This document shows, one piece after another, positions 26,058 through 28,520 of a DNA stretch of 28,520 nucleotides. The position numbers and the translations under genes are program-made. The DNA is from Snowella sp. Its GTDB lineage: Bacteria > Cyanobacteriota > Cyanobacteriia > Cyanobacteriales > Microcystaceae. Position 1 is the stretch's first letter. Every line of letters begins with the position of its first letter. The notes beneath the pieces were generated by a model. That model ran no database searches. It was given only the letters and a program-made list of their open reading frames with translations, and was not told where the DNA came from. The DNA lies in assembly GCA_035285545.1 (NCBI GenBank), contig JAYKGY010000013.1:1-28520 (forward strand). The letters are read 5' to 3'.

Positions 26058-26716
26058 AATGGATTTATGTTGCCGCTGGCATCGCTCTCTACGTTAAATT
26101 TCTTCTTCTCCCCAACACCGTTGCCGACTCCAATGATCTCTCCATTGTGGACGCGATCATTCAAGATACAGGTATCCCCAACACCGTATCAGGAATCATT
26201 TTCCGAAATCGCCTTTATGACACCATTTTTGAAGTCATTGTCTTTACTATTGCCATTTTAGGGGTTCGCTTCCTCTTAGCGAATGAAAAGCCGATAGAAA
26301 CCGTTTATCAATTTACCGATCAGCCCTCTATCGTTTTAGCCCGTTTAGGGGCGACTATTTCCGCGATCGTCAGCATTGAACTCGCCATTCGGGGTCATCT
26401 CAGTCCTGGGGGGGGGTTTGCCGCCGGAGTCGCAGGGGGAACCGCGATCGGACTCATCGCTATCACCTCTTCCTCTACTTGGATGGAAAAAATTTATGAA
26501 AAATGGCAGGCTGCCACTTGGGAAAAAATTTCTGTTTTAATTTTTATTTTTCTAGCAGCGATTACCCTAATCGGTGTGCAATTACCCAATGGAGAATTTG
26601 GCAGTCTAGTCAGCGGTGGCATGACTCCTGTTCTTAACATTTTAGTTGCTATTAAAGTGGCTTTAGGTTCCTGGGCAGCGATTCTATTATTTATTCGCTA
26701 TCGCGGCTTATTGTAA
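26054..26716 (+). CDS. mrpB: Mrp/Mnh antiporter subunit B
   Basis: PNTVSGIIFRNRLYDTIFE and GHLSPGGGFAAG motifs. Confidence 0.9.
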   Translation: MKWIYVAAGIALYVKFLLLPNTVADSNDLSIVDAIIQDTGIPNTVSGIIFRNRLYDTIFEVIVFTIAILGVRFLLANEKPIETVYQFTDQPSIVLARLGATISAIVSIELAIRGHLSPGGGFAAGVAGGTAIGLIAITSSSTWMEKIYEKWQAATWEKISVLIFIFLAAITLIGVQLPNGEFGSLVSGGMTPVLNILVAIKVALGSWAAILLFIRYRGLL

Positions 26717-26725
26717 ATGTCAATT

Positions 26726-26753
26726 AAAAAACTCCCACCACTAGGGCAGGAGT
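26726..26753 (-). terminator. Intrinsic terminator of psbDC
   Basis: Minus-strand ACTCCTGCC-CTAGT-GGTGGGAGT followed by TTTTT, between convergent mrpB and psbC. Confidence 0.7.
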
Positions 26754-26789
26754 CGCTAAAAATTAAGACTTATCACTAATCAATTGAGA

Positions 26790-28518
<1,729 letters not shown>

Positions 28519-28520
28519 GA

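Overview
Cyanobacterial chromosomal segment, identified by psbD/psbC, ftn2, mgdA/mgdE and 33 HIP1 octamers (GCGATCGC) counted by eye. Housekeeping content: fabD, a receiver-domain regulator, an HdrB/SdhE-like CCG protein, divergent mgdA-mgdE galactolipid genes, pdhA, ftn2/ARC6, tRNA-Asp(GTC), a PMT-type glycosyltransferase, a tandem histidine phosphatase, a 7-gene Mrp-like antiporter operon, psbC and the 3' part of psbD. Small accessory cassettes sit between the core genes in the first 12 kb: a RelE-type TA pair, a DUF433/PIN-like pair with a GTAG REP-like hairpin upstream, an AT-rich ATPase + HNH pair (Septu/PtuAB-like, no retron RT in the window), a decayed ISL3 fragment and a DUF29 gene. 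The best leads are the stand-alone Septu-like module, a diguanylate cyclase with two different cyanobacteriochrome GAFs, and an orphan Fur/Zur-like box with a possible small or decayed gene upstream of the Mrp operon. I cannot show a wholly new system from sequence alone. All family calls come from motif recognition, not from database searches.
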